Source: a virus
Lineage: Duplodnaviria > Caudoviricetes
Virus record (IMG/VR): IMGVR_UViG_3300031953_000030
Coordinates: 1 to 47,939 of that record
Strand: one strand, 5' to 3'
DNA: 47,939 nt
Notes under the pieces: generated by a model
Seen by the model: the letters and a program-made list of their open reading frames with translations, nothing else
Databases searched by the model: none
Told to the model about the DNA's origin: nothing
Position numbers and translations under genes: made by a program
Shown here: in pieces, positions 28,185 through 36,116 of the stretch
Position numbering within the stretch: position 1 is the stretch's first letter
How the letters are laid out: every line of letters starts with the position of its first letter

Positions 28185-28385
28185 TCAGATTTTGCCATCC
28201 TCAATCTCAATCTGAGGCACAACGTCTTTCACAAGACGCACCACGCTAGAGCCAGAGAAAGACATCCCCCGCAAAACGACCTGCTGAAAGAAGACTCCTC
28301 CCATCTGAGTCAAAATAGTCTGACCCTCCTTGATGTTCTCCCGCTTGATAATCGGAAACTGTGCTGCGTACTCTTCGATATTCAT
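28185..28385 (-). CDS. Small hypothetical protein
   Basis: GAGG RBS. Confidence 0.55.
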   Translation of the reverse strand: MNIEEYAAQFPIIKRENIKEGQTILTQMGGVFFQQVVLRGMSFSGSSVVRLVKDVVPQIEIEDGKI

Positions 28386-28495
28386 AACGTGTCCTCTTCC
28401 CTATCTCAGTAGCCCTCTAAGAGCTTTTCCTGTACTACGTGTGCCCTAGTGCGGTTTTGAACCTCAACGTCTTAGAACGTCACTAGGGCTTTGTG

Positions 28496-28846
28496 CTAAC
28501 GCTCCTTGGAGAGCCAGAAAAGCTCCCGATTGAGATCGTCGTTCTGTTCCTCAAGGGCGGTTATGGTGCCCCTGAACGTTTCAAGCACCGACTTGAGCAC
28601 CAATTTGAGGCTTGACACGGCAACCCCAGCCTCCTGGCGTGCCTGAGTTGCCGTGTCAAGCTTTGTTGTCAGATCGGTATGCTCTTGGGAAAGTTTACGG
28701 ATGGTCTTGGAATGCTCTCTGAGGGCTTGCGCCGTAACGTCGAGCTTGGCTCTCAGCTCATCATTCTCTGCAATGAGTTCCTGCTTGAGTCGGATGTCTG
28801 TCGCGAGCAGTGTTGCTGCCGTTATTAGTGCCTGTGTTGTTGTCAT
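28496..28846 (-). CDS. Coiled-coil hypothetical protein
   Basis: GGAGG RBS; heptad pattern. Confidence 0.7.
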   Translation of the reverse strand: MTTTQALITAATLLATDIRLKQELIAENDELRAKLDVTAQALREHSKTIRKLSQEHTDLTTKLDTATQARQEAGVAVSSLKLVLKSVLETFRGTITALEEQNDDLNRELFWLSKER

Positions 28847-30434
28847 GCTTTACCTCCGTAGTAGAAACCAATAAAGAACGAACCTGTGACGATCAGAAAC
28901 AGCGAACCCCACACGAAAATCGCATCCAACGTATCTAAAAATTCAATCATTTTGTACCCCTTCCGTAGTGACCAATAGCGAACATGACCGCGCCGACAAC
29001 TATGAGCAGTCCCCAAGCTTGCGTAGTGAGCTCGATCATTCTGAGCCCTCAAAGTCGTCGCGGAACCAGAAGCCCTTGGCGAATGCTTTGGGTGTCATGC
29101 CGGACTCTTTGCCGTCTAGTGTGACGAATTGACCGTTAGCGTCTAGTTTCATTGTGAGCTTCCTCCGCTTCTGCGTTGTCGCGCATCTTTTCGAGTAGTT
29201 CGATTGTGGTGTATTCCGAGTCAAGCCCTAGGTACTTGAGGCGGTGGATTTGTGCGTCGATGGCGTATGACGTTTGGTTGTCGTTCAGTTCATCCCCTAG
29301 CACGTCAATGCGCTTTTGGGCATCCCCTAGTTCGTCATGCTGAGCCTCAAGCTCTCCCTGCGTCTCTCTGAGTTCCTGCTCTGCATCTTCGTACATGGCA
29401 TGCAGTTCCTCAATCTGCTCTAGCGCGGCATCCAAGGCACCCTGTAGGAGCCTTGTTCCCTCCGAGGGGTAATCATCCACTGCGCTATATGATGCGTCCA
29501 GCGCCTCTTGTAGCGCTTCTGAGTAGTAATCCATGATCTAAACCTCTTTCCATGTCTGAAAAACATCTGTCCGATTGAGTGAGTTCATCGTGACCGCGAG
29601 CGCCTGTGCTTTCCTGAGGCCATAGGTGCCGGGGTGGAGTTTGCCTGTGAGTCTGTTGCGCACTCGGTAGTTCATAGTGACCCCATTGAGAAGTGGATGG
29701 GATAGTGAGCGGAACACCCGCAGGTGCACTTGGTTGGCGCTTGGTTGGCAACGTGAGCCGTTGCTGGCATGGGAGGGTACATTAGTTGATCCCTCCGAAT
29801 TGTGCCCGTGCGCTGAACTTACTGGCGCGTGCTTCGTGGCGTACCGTGGTACGCTCCCGATCCTGCATGCGGCGCTCTGCATATACGGTGTGTGCTTCTT
29901 GTGACATGCGAGTCATCTTCTTCATTGTGATCAGTCCTTAGTTCATTGTTGCGGTGGCCGATTTGCCCCCAGTGCCACACCCTGCGAGAGAGTATGACGA
30001 GTGGGAATCGGTTACAGCTCGATTAGGTTGCCATCCTGTAGCTCAGCGTCCACCCAGTCATTGAAGCCACAGCGGTACGCGATAGGGTCAACCTCACGCA
30101 GCGCCCGTGAGGCCTGATATTCCATGCCCGCGATCATGGCAGGCTCGTGGCACTCGTTCAGCATGTCATCGAAGCGCTTATGCAGGTCGTAGTCCGTGAG
30201 GCCGTTGCCGTCTGTATCGGTGTATTCGTAGTTCATGATGATCAGCCCTTAGATAGTGGGTAGTTGGATAGTGACCGGAGCGCGTACCGGCTCCGGGGTG
30301 ATGGGGGCTAATGCACCGATAAGGGCAGTAGCTACAATGAGGGCCACACCTACGGCCGTTAGACGTAGGCCGGTGCGATAGGTTGCGTAACGCATTGCGT
30401 TACGCATGTTGCTCGCTTCCCTTGCTTTGTTCAT
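28843..30434 (-). other. Cluster of tiny coupled early genes (e.g. 29538-29675, 29672-29782, 29782-29925, 30012-30236, 30249-30434)
   Basis: Chain of short ORFs joined by ATGA/TAATG overlaps; several are single-TM peptides. Confidence 0.6.
29136..29534 (-). CDS. Acidic coiled-coil hypothetical protein
   Basis: GAGG RBS; heptad pattern. Confidence 0.7.
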   Translation of the reverse strand: MDYYSEALQEALDASYSAVDDYPSEGTRLLQGALDAALEQIEELHAMYEDAEQELRETQGELEAQHDELGDAQKRIDVLGDELNDNQTSYAIDAQIHRLKYLGLDSEYTTIELLEKMRDNAEAEEAHNETRR

Positions 30435-30440
30435 GCCATT

Positions 30441-30470
30441 AGTCTATCAGGGCAGATAGGGAATACACAA
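30441..30470 (-). promoter_or_regulatory. Leftward leaderless promoter
   Basis: TGA-TAGACT 6 nt upstream of ATG 30434. Confidence 0.65.
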
Positions 30471-30682
30471 TAGGGGTTACCAAACCGTTACATATACCCC
30501 CATGCCCCCAAGCGGGGTACACCCCGATCCACCCCCGGCACGCCACGCAAGCACACGCCACTACAGCAACACACGCAAGTTGTCAATACCCCAGAATTGG
30601 GGGTAGGCAAAGAACTCATATTGTGGTAGGTGGCGGGGGCGCTTTAGGGATGGCTCAGATGCATATGGTGTACTCAGTTTTT

Positions 30683-30711
30683 TTGCTTTTCTCAAAAATA
30701 TATGGCATAAT
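30683..30711 (+). promoter_or_regulatory. Rightward leaderless promoter
   Basis: TTGCTT-17 nt-CATAAT (TGG extended), 6 nt upstream of ATG 30718. Confidence 0.7.
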
Positions 30712-30717
30712 TGGAGA

Positions 30718-31566
30718 ATGATTGATTCTAAAAATTTTTGTGTTGTAGAAAAATGCGAGAACCCTGCGGCTAGGCATGTCTGCAAGAAGCATCAGGTCGA
30801 TATTCGTCTCGGGCGCTTGGAGGCTGAGCCGGGTTGGGGTGTTAGGCGTAATCCTAATTGTTCGCGGGGTGGGTGTGATTGGCCTGCCGATTCGCGCAAG
30901 GATGGTGCGCTGTGTCATACGCATCGTCGGCAGCCACGTGGGACCGGATCGGTTCGCCCGAAGCTACGAAGGGGTGAGAAGTCTGAGGTGTGCATTGATG
31001 GTGCATGCCTGAATCCCCCAGCTAGTAGGAATCTTTGCTTCCGCCATTACCAATACCATATTTCCGGTAGACGACTTCCCGAGAAGACCCCCTGTGGGCA
31101 TGAGGGGTGCGCGATCATGACACGCAAGGGTCACTGCGGGAAGCACATGTACCAGTTCGAGAAGTACGGCCTTACTTGGGACAATCGCGCGCCTGATGCC
31201 GTCAGGCTGGCAAGGCACGAATTGAAGCCCGTGTGTCTTGTTCCACTTTGCGTGACCAAGGCGAACAGTATTGGCGTTGGCCTATGCCCGGCGCATAATG
31301 GGGCTAGGGGGAAGCTAAGCGTGGATGTGGAGCACTACCTGCGGCTGATGGCGGTGAAGTCATGTGAGATGTGTGGTGACAAGGTTCCTTTGGCTACGGA
31401 TCACGATCATTCGTGCCATCCTGAAGACGGCAAGAAGATGTGTGAAAAGTGCATTAGGGGGCGTATCTGTCTTTTTTGCAACTCTGCTTTGGGTTTTTTG
31501 AGGGATGATCCGGGCCGTGCGCGTATGGCGATTACGTATTTGGAGGCGTTTCAGGCCAAGTCCTGA
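30718..31566 (+). CDS. Endonuclease VII-family homing endonuclease with N-terminal Cys/His repeats
   Basis: CEMC..DHDH..RGRICLFCNSALG..D..AITYL; about five C-x4-C...C..H repeats. Confidence 0.88.
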   Translation: MIDSKNFCVVEKCENPAARHVCKKHQVDIRLGRLEAEPGWGVRRNPNCSRGGCDWPADSRKDGALCHTHRRQPRGTGSVRPKLRRGEKSEVCIDGACLNPPASRNLCFRHYQYHISGRRLPEKTPCGHEGCAIMTRKGHCGKHMYQFEKYGLTWDNRAPDAVRLARHELKPVCLVPLCVTKANSIGVGLCPAHNGARGKLSVDVEHYLRLMAVKSCEMCGDKVPLATDHDHSCHPEDGKKMCEKCIRGRICLFCNSALGFLRDDPGRARMAITYLEAFQAKS

Positions 31567-31622
31567 GTTGTTCACTCCTGACTCTTGTTCAGTTCCGTTG
31601 AACTTGTGTATTTTTTGAACGT

Positions 31623-31694
31623 CCTAAATTTTTTTCGCTCAATCCCTTGTTTTCCCGCCGTTGATCACGTAGGCTTGCCTTCTATTTGAGGAGG
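31623..31694 (+). promoter_or_regulatory. Promoter/RBS cassette, copy 1
   Basis: CCTAAATTTTTTT; TTGTTT-17-TAGGCT; TTCTATTTGAGGAGG. Confidence 0.75.
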
Positions 31695-31699
31695 TTTTT

Positions 31700-31759
31700 A
31701 TGTCTAGCATTTCTTTCGGTACCGATCCTTCTAATTCTGATTGCGGGGCGGACCTGTGA
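31700..31759 (+). CDS. 19-aa micropeptide
   Basis: GAGGAGG RBS; MSSISFGTDPSNSDCGADL. Confidence 0.45.
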   Translation: MSSISFGTDPSNSDCGADL

Positions 31760-31854
31760 GGTGGTTGTGGTATACGTTTGTCAATGCTTGCATGATTGTC
31801 GCGGGGTTGCTTGTGGTTGTGATTGTTTTGTATAACGCTACGAGTGGGTTGTGA
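31756..31854 (+). CDS. 32-aa single-TM micropeptide
   Basis: GTGA overlap; MRWLWYTFVNACMIVAGLLVVVIVLYNATSGL. Confidence 0.5.
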   Translation: MRWLWYTFVNACMIVAGLLVVVIVLYNATSGL

Positions 31855-31863
31855 GAACGTGTT

Positions 31864-31935
31864 CCTAAATTTTTTTCAAAAACCCTTGCCCATCTACTCC
31901 ACCCCTGCTAGTCTGGTGTTCTATTTGGAGGAGGG
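31864..31935 (+). promoter_or_regulatory. Promoter/RBS cassette, copy 2
   Basis: CCTAAATTTTTTT; TTGCCC-17-TAGTCT; TTCTATTTGGAGGAGG. Confidence 0.75.
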
Positions 31936-31940
31936 TTCTG

Positions 31941-32240
31941 ATGAGTTCTGATAAGTTGCATGGCGTGGTGTCAGCGGTGAGTAAGCTGGAGATGGAGGTT
32001 GAGGCAGAGAGTGCTGCTCGGCACTTTTTTGGGCACGAGTGTGTCTCTGTGGAGCTGTCTGAGGCTCGGCTGGATGATAGGGATATTTACCCTTACGGTG
32101 GCTATGCGTCTGAGGTTTTGTCTTTTTCTGCTGATTTTGTTGCTCGTGTTGAGCATTCTTTTGATGCATTTGACGTGCTATCCGGGGTTCGTTTGTGTGA
32201 TGTTTGCGGTATTCATTCTGATTATTTGGAGGTTGTGTGA
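31941..32240 (+). CDS. Hypothetical protein
   Basis: GGAGGAGG RBS. Confidence 0.7.
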   Translation: MSSDKLHGVVSAVSKLEMEVEAESAARHFFGHECVSVELSEARLDDRDIYPYGGYASEVLSFSADFVARVEHSFDAFDVLSGVRLCDVCGIHSDYLEVV

Positions 32241-32521
32241 TGGGTGATATGCCTGTTTATTCTTTACTTGAGGCTCAGGAGGCTATGGAGTCGCTTGAGG
32301 TTGCTGTTCAGGATGCGATTGCTGCCGCGTTGAATATTTATGCGGCCGATTATGTTGGGAGGTTGTGTGAGATTAATGACGATGTTGATTCGACTCGTTT
32401 TGCTTTTTTGTTGGTCGCCCAGTTGGTTGCCGACCCTAATGTTGTGTTCTATCCGACTCCTTACTCGATGCACGAGGCTTTGGGTGCCGTGTCGAAGAAG
32501 GTGGTGCTTCGTGAGGGCTAA
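32237..32521 (+). CDS. Hypothetical protein
   Basis: GGAGG RBS; overlap with the previous gene. Confidence 0.7.
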   Translation: MMGDMPVYSLLEAQEAMESLEVAVQDAIAAALNIYAADYVGRLCEINDDVDSTRFAFLLVAQLVADPNVVFYPTPYSMHEALGAVSKKVVLREG

Positions 32522-32702
32522 GGTGCAGGATATCTACAATGCTGTTCAGCGTAAGTGTGCTCTTGAGCTACTGTGGGATGGTGAGCCGGTTGATGAGGCT
32601 CGTACCCCTGCGCATCAGGCAGGTCTTACGGCGGTCTATCTTGCGGGTTATGCTGATTGTGAAGAAGATTTTGCTGAAATTGACGAGTTTAGTGGTGTTT
32701 GA
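32511..32702 (+). CDS. Small hypothetical protein
   Basis: GTG start overlapping the previous gene. Confidence 0.55.
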   Translation: MRAKVQDIYNAVQRKCALELLWDGEPVDEARTPAHQAGLTAVYLAGYADCEEDFAEIDEFSGV

Positions 32703-33190
32703 TGTCTGATGTGAAGAGTGTTGGCGCAGTGTTGCGGTCTTGTGCTACGCACCACGATCATGGTGATGGCTGGACGTATACTCGCAGGACTGGGATTCGT
32801 CACATTCGGTATGCGAACGACTTTACGGGCCGTAACAAGTTGTGGAGTCGCCTTAAGTTCACGGCGCGTGGTCTTGCTAGTCTCGGTAAGCGCTCTTGGT
32901 TCCGTCCGCGCACCATTCGCGAGTGGTACTGGTCGATAATTTCAACGATCAGGGTTCGCATGTTGCCGGATGATCATTTGCCTGATGGGATGGTGGGCGG
33001 TGCGATTGTGCATTGGGAGGAGGATGGCGAGTATATTGAGCTTGTCGGGCCGACTGTTGGCGTGAAGGTTGCAGATTTCCTAGAGGGCGATCCGAGTAAC
33101 CCTTTTGCTATTGCTATTGCAGAAGAAATTGAGCGGGTACACCGTCTTGGTGTGACTCGGAGAGATAAAGAAGGTGATGATGATGAGTAA
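32699..33190 (+). CDS. Hypothetical protein
   Basis: ORF in the operon. Confidence 0.65.
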   Translation: MMSDVKSVGAVLRSCATHHDHGDGWTYTRRTGIRHIRYANDFTGRNKLWSRLKFTARGLASLGKRSWFRPRTIREWYWSIISTIRVRMLPDDHLPDGMVGGAIVHWEEDGEYIELVGPTVGVKVADFLEGDPSNPFAIAIAEEIERVHRLGVTRRDKEGDDDE

Positions 33191-33494
33191 TGATATTGCG
33201 GAGTGGTCTGCTGTTACTGAGTCTGGTGCTAAGTACATTCGTTATGGTGGGTATGTTGAGCGTTGGCGTGATGGTAGCCGTGTTGGTGTTATTCGTGTGT
33301 GGACGTGCTTGACGGCGACAGTGCCTGACGAGGAGTTGACCGTGGCTCCGTGGGGTGCTGAGAGTGAGGTCACTGAGTGGGAGCCGTTGACTGTTCCTGT
33401 GGTTGGTCGTCGGATGTATTTTGCTGGGCGTGAGGAGTGGCGTTTGTCTACGGCTGTGGTTGAGTTTACTGTTGGTGACGGTGTTGACTCGTAG
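33174..33494 (+). CDS. Hypothetical protein
   Basis: TESGAKY...STAVV motif seen in small actinophage proteins. Confidence 0.7.
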   Translation: MMMMSNDIAEWSAVTESGAKYIRYGGYVERWRDGSRVGVIRVWTCLTATVPDEELTVAPWGAESEVTEWEPLTVPVVGRRMYFAGREEWRLSTAVVEFTVGDGVDS

Positions 33495-33526
33495 AATGTA
33501 ACTTTTAGGTAACGGTGCTTGTTTTG

Positions 33527-33567
33527 GCCCGGCGCTCCGACTATTGTTGGGGTTGCCGGGCTTTTCT
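33527..33567 (+). terminator. Intrinsic terminator
   Basis: GCCCGGC..GCCGGGC stem with TTTTCT; TAGAAT at 33492-33497 upstream. Confidence 0.75.
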
Positions 33568-33594
33568 GCTTGGCGGACTGGAGGAGGAGGGTAA

Positions 33595-34149
33595 GTGAGT
33601 AAAACTATACTCGTGGATATCGATGGAACGCTTGCAAACTGGGGAGCACATTGGGATTGGCACTTGGATACTTACTTTGAGCCGTGGCAGACTGCGCGTA
33701 TTCCGCGCCACGCGGAGCAGAGAACCTTTGACTTGACGGCTGGGTTGGACTTTGATGAGAGGCAGATTGTTGAGCAGGTGATGGCGTGGCCTGAGTTCTA
33801 CGCCAACGTGCCAATGATAAACGGTGCATGGCTGGGGCTGCGTAGGCTAGAGTCTGCCGGGCACGACGTGTTCATCTGCACCTCCCCGTGGCTACCGAAT
33901 GAGACGTGCGCTTCGGACAAGTTGGAATGGGTCGAGAGTCGGTTCGGCGCTGGCTGGGCGGAGCGCACGATTATTACTAAGGATAAGACAATGGTTAATG
34001 GGGATGTTTTGATTGATGACAAGCCGGAGGTGAAGGGGTTGTGTAATCCGTCGTGGGAGCATATCCTGTTTGATCAGCCCTACAATCAAGAGGTTGTTGG
34101 TAAGCGTCGGATCATGTCTTGGTCTGACTTTGATGCGGAGGAGATTTAG
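33595..34149 (+). CDS. 5'(3')-deoxyribonucleotidase (HAD, NT5C-like)
   Basis: VDIDGTL, ICTSP, K..W, DVLIDDKP and FDQPYN motifs. Confidence 0.92.
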   Translation: MSKTILVDIDGTLANWGAHWDWHLDTYFEPWQTARIPRHAEQRTFDLTAGLDFDERQIVEQVMAWPEFYANVPMINGAWLGLRRLESAGHDVFICTSPWLPNETCASDKLEWVESRFGAGWAERTIITKDKTMVNGDVLIDDKPEVKGLCNPSWEHILFDQPYNQEVVGKRRIMSWSDFDAEEI

Positions 34150-34150
34150 G

Positions 34151-35254
34151 ATGGCTAGACCAGCTATGGGAATAGGGAGAACAGAGTACGACAAGGCTTC
34201 GTTCGTTACCGCGCTTGAGAACCCCATTGCCTTCCCGGGGGACTACGTTGATGGAACCACGCAAGCGAAGAAGCGTGTTGAGGACTTTGATACCACTGGA
34301 GCCGTCTCTGTCGAGCAGATTCAGGCCGTGGCTGACGCTGGCAAGAACCTTGGCTACCGCTCGCCCGAGGAGGTGCGTACTACGTCCTCTACTGGTGGTC
34401 AAAAGGGAACAAAAGGAAGTGATAAGATAGAGACATGCCAAGAAAAGAACCCGCACCACCAGCAAAGTGCCACCCCGAGCGCCCCCGGAAGCTTGCCGAT
34501 GGGACATGCGATAGATGCTACGCCAGAGAGCGATACCGAAGTAACCCAGAATCCCGCGAGCGCACAAAGGCAGTCGCAAGGAAGAGCTGGCATAAGCGGA
34601 ACCCGGAACTCACCCCAGAGCAGAAGAGAGTCAGGCTCGATAGAAGGAGCGAAAGATATGCCACTGACCCTGAGTACAGGCGGAAACTCCAATCTACACT
34701 CCTTGAGCGGAAAGTCGGAATCACCCTTGACCAATATGACCGGATGCTTGAAGAACAAGGAGGAGGCTGTGGGATATGCGGAAGAATGCCAAGCGCAGAT
34801 AGAAGGCTCGCCGTTGACCACTCGCACGTCAGTGGGAGCGTCAGGGGACTCCTCTGCTCCGGCTGTAACACAGGGATTGGCCTCCTCGGAGATTCGGCTG
34901 ACACCATCAGGCGAGCAGCAGATTATCTCGAAGAGCACAACCGGAGGGCTCAAGCAGGTTAAGCCGTCTCGCCACGATTTAATTCCGAGTGGTGCCTTGG
35001 ATGCTCTTGCACGGCACTACGGGGCTGGGGCAATTAAGTATGAAGATAACCAGTGGCGTAAGGGTTACGAGTGGGGTAAGTCGTATGCGGCTTTGCAACG
35101 GCATTTGAATGCGTGGTGGGGTGGGGAGGATTTGGATGAGGAGACTGGTTCTTCTCATATGGTGGCGGCTGCGTGGCATTGTTTTACGTTGTTGACGTTT
35201 ATTGATGAGTTTCCTGAGTTTGATGATCGGTTCAAGAAAGAGGAGGGCGAGTGA
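34151..35254 (+). CDS. dATP/dGTP diphosphohydrolase-like (DUF5664) protein with a 183-codon in-frame insertion
   Basis: EVRTTSSTGGQKGTK...RHDLIP..GAIKY..NQWRKG..RH...GEDLDEETG..H..AAAW; GGAGGAG RBS. Confidence 0.85.
   Translation: MARPAMGIGRTEYDKASFVTALENPIAFPGDYVDGTTQAKKRVEDFDTTGAVSVEQIQAVADAGKNLGYRSPEEVRTTSSTGGQKGTKGSDKIETCQEKNPHHQQSATPSAPGSLPMGHAIDATPESDTEVTQNPASAQRQSQGRAGISGTRNSPQSRRESGSIEGAKDMPLTLSTGGNSNLHSLSGKSESPLTNMTGCLKNKEEAVGYAEECQAQIEGSPLTTRTSVGASGDSSAPAVTQGLASSEIRLTPSGEQQIISKSTTGGLKQVKPSRHDLIPSGALDALARHYGAGAIKYEDNQWRKGYEWGKSYAALQRHLNAWWGGEDLDEETGSSHMVAAAWHCFTLLTFIDEFPEFDDRFKKEEGE
34415..34963 (+). mobile_element. Homing endonuclease insertion (promoter plus EndoVII ORF)
   Basis: 549 bp; interrupts the conserved GQKGTK|P.R.DLIP junction; A/purine-rich against T-rich flanks. 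Confidence 0.8.
34435..34962 (+). CDS. Endonuclease VII-family homing endonuclease nested in another frame
   Basis: GITLDQYDRMLEEQGGGCGICG..LAVDHSH..VRGLLCSGCNTGIG..D..AADYL. Confidence 0.92.
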   Translation: MPRKEPAPPAKCHPERPRKLADGTCDRCYARERYRSNPESRERTKAVARKSWHKRNPELTPEQKRVRLDRRSERYATDPEYRRKLQSTLLERKVGITLDQYDRMLEEQGGGCGICGRMPSADRRLAVDHSHVSGSVRGLLCSGCNTGIGLLGDSADTIRRAADYLEEHNRRAQAG

Positions 35255-35409
35255 TGAGTACTACAGATGAAATAGCGCGAATGATTCAGGCAGCGGAGCT
35301 AATCGAGAATGGTGAGCCGTTTGACAACCTCGCCGTGGCGAGACTACTGCGCGTTGTCGCAGCGTGGCAGGTATCCAGCAAGGTTGAGGCTGCTCTGGGT
35401 GGTGAGTGA
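35254..35409 (+). CDS. Small hypothetical protein, 51 aa
   Basis: TGATG coupling; GGAGG RBS. Confidence 0.55.
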   Translation: MSTTDEIARMIQAAELIENGEPFDNLAVARLLRVVAAWQVSSKVEAALGGE

Positions 35410-35649
35410 GTGATGGCCCCCAGGGATGAAGCTTTCATCATGCAGATGGCCGAAGAGGTTGTTGAGCACGGGCGCATCCTGTACACGCCGACGACTGACT
35501 GGGTACGGATTATGGTTGGTTACGCCATGACAACGGCAAGGGATCGCACTAAGCCAGTGGAGGTAGCACGCGCAGAAGGCTACGAGTGGTTTGATCGTTG
35601 GCTAACCGCGCATGACCACGACGTTGCAAAGACTCAGCAAGTGGTGTAG
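35410..35649 (+). CDS. Hypothetical protein (FDRWLxAHD family)
   Basis: Motif shared with 24865-25104. Confidence 0.65.
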   Translation: MMAPRDEAFIMQMAEEVVEHGRILYTPTTDWVRIMVGYAMTTARDRTKPVEVARAEGYEWFDRWLTAHDHDVAKTQQVV

Positions 35650-35657
35650 TGTGTTAC

Positions 35658-35739
35658 TTGTTCGTGTTGTTCCTTTCCTGTTGTTGTTTGTTGCATTGAG
35701 GCCGGTGGCCCCCATAAGGGGTTGCCGGTCTTTTTCTTT
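35658..35739 (+). ncRNA. Candidate small RNA with anti-RBS sequence
   Basis: Promoter TTGCAA-17-TAGTGT (35624-35652); U-rich body with TTCCTTTCCT; terminator 35700-35739; no ORF. Confidence 0.55.
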
Positions 35740-35811
35740 ACTCAAATGGTTGTTTTGTCAATAAAGCTGTGTAATGATTGGTTTATGGCAAACGAAACAG
35801 GAGGTTCTAAA

Positions 35812-35964
35812 ATGCAGGTATCTTTCAAGAAGCCCTCAGAGGGTGAGCAGTTCAGTGCGTACATTGGTGCAGACGATGTGGCGGCAATTCAGTTCCGTCA
35901 ACTCAACTCGGGCGAGTTTCAGATTCGTCAAGGAATGCAGGCGTGGGCAGCGGTTACAGTCTGA
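35812..35964 (+). CDS. Small hypothetical protein
   Basis: AGGAGG RBS. Confidence 0.6.
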   Translation: MQVSFKKPSEGEQFSAYIGADDVAAIQFRQLNSGEFQIRQGMQAWAAVTV

Positions 35965-36116
35965 TGGCTGAGCCGACTGGCGATTGGATTGCTTCCGATA
36001 TGGAGGTGAGTCACAGGTTGATGGAGAAACTAATCTCCAATTACGGGCTGAAGGAATCGGACTTCGGCGGCACAGTGGAGGTCGCTACCCCAGAGCGGAA
36101 GGGTTCTGGACAATGA
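35964..36116 (+). CDS. Small hypothetical protein
   Basis: TGATG and ATGA coupling. Confidence 0.5.
   Translation: MAEPTGDWIASDMEVSHRLMEKLISNYGLKESDFGGTVEVATPERKGSGQ

Noticed and set aside
30480-30640. G/C-run region between the divergent arms as a cos/pac site
   Set aside because: Plausible, but unsupported without read-end data; it also contains only a weak TTGACA-17-TAGTGG promoter
34399-34953. 184-aa antisense ORF over the nested nuclease
   Set aside because: It is codon-aligned with the EndoVII frame and is open because TTA, CTA and TCA codons are absent there
34415-34963. The insert as a group I/II intron or an intein
   Set aside because: Only 21 nt lie outside the nuclease ORF; no intron core or intein C/S...HN termini are visible; the nuclease is out of frame with the host
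34151-35254. Z-genome (2-aminoadenine) pathway
   Set aside because: No PurZ or dedicated polymerase was recognised
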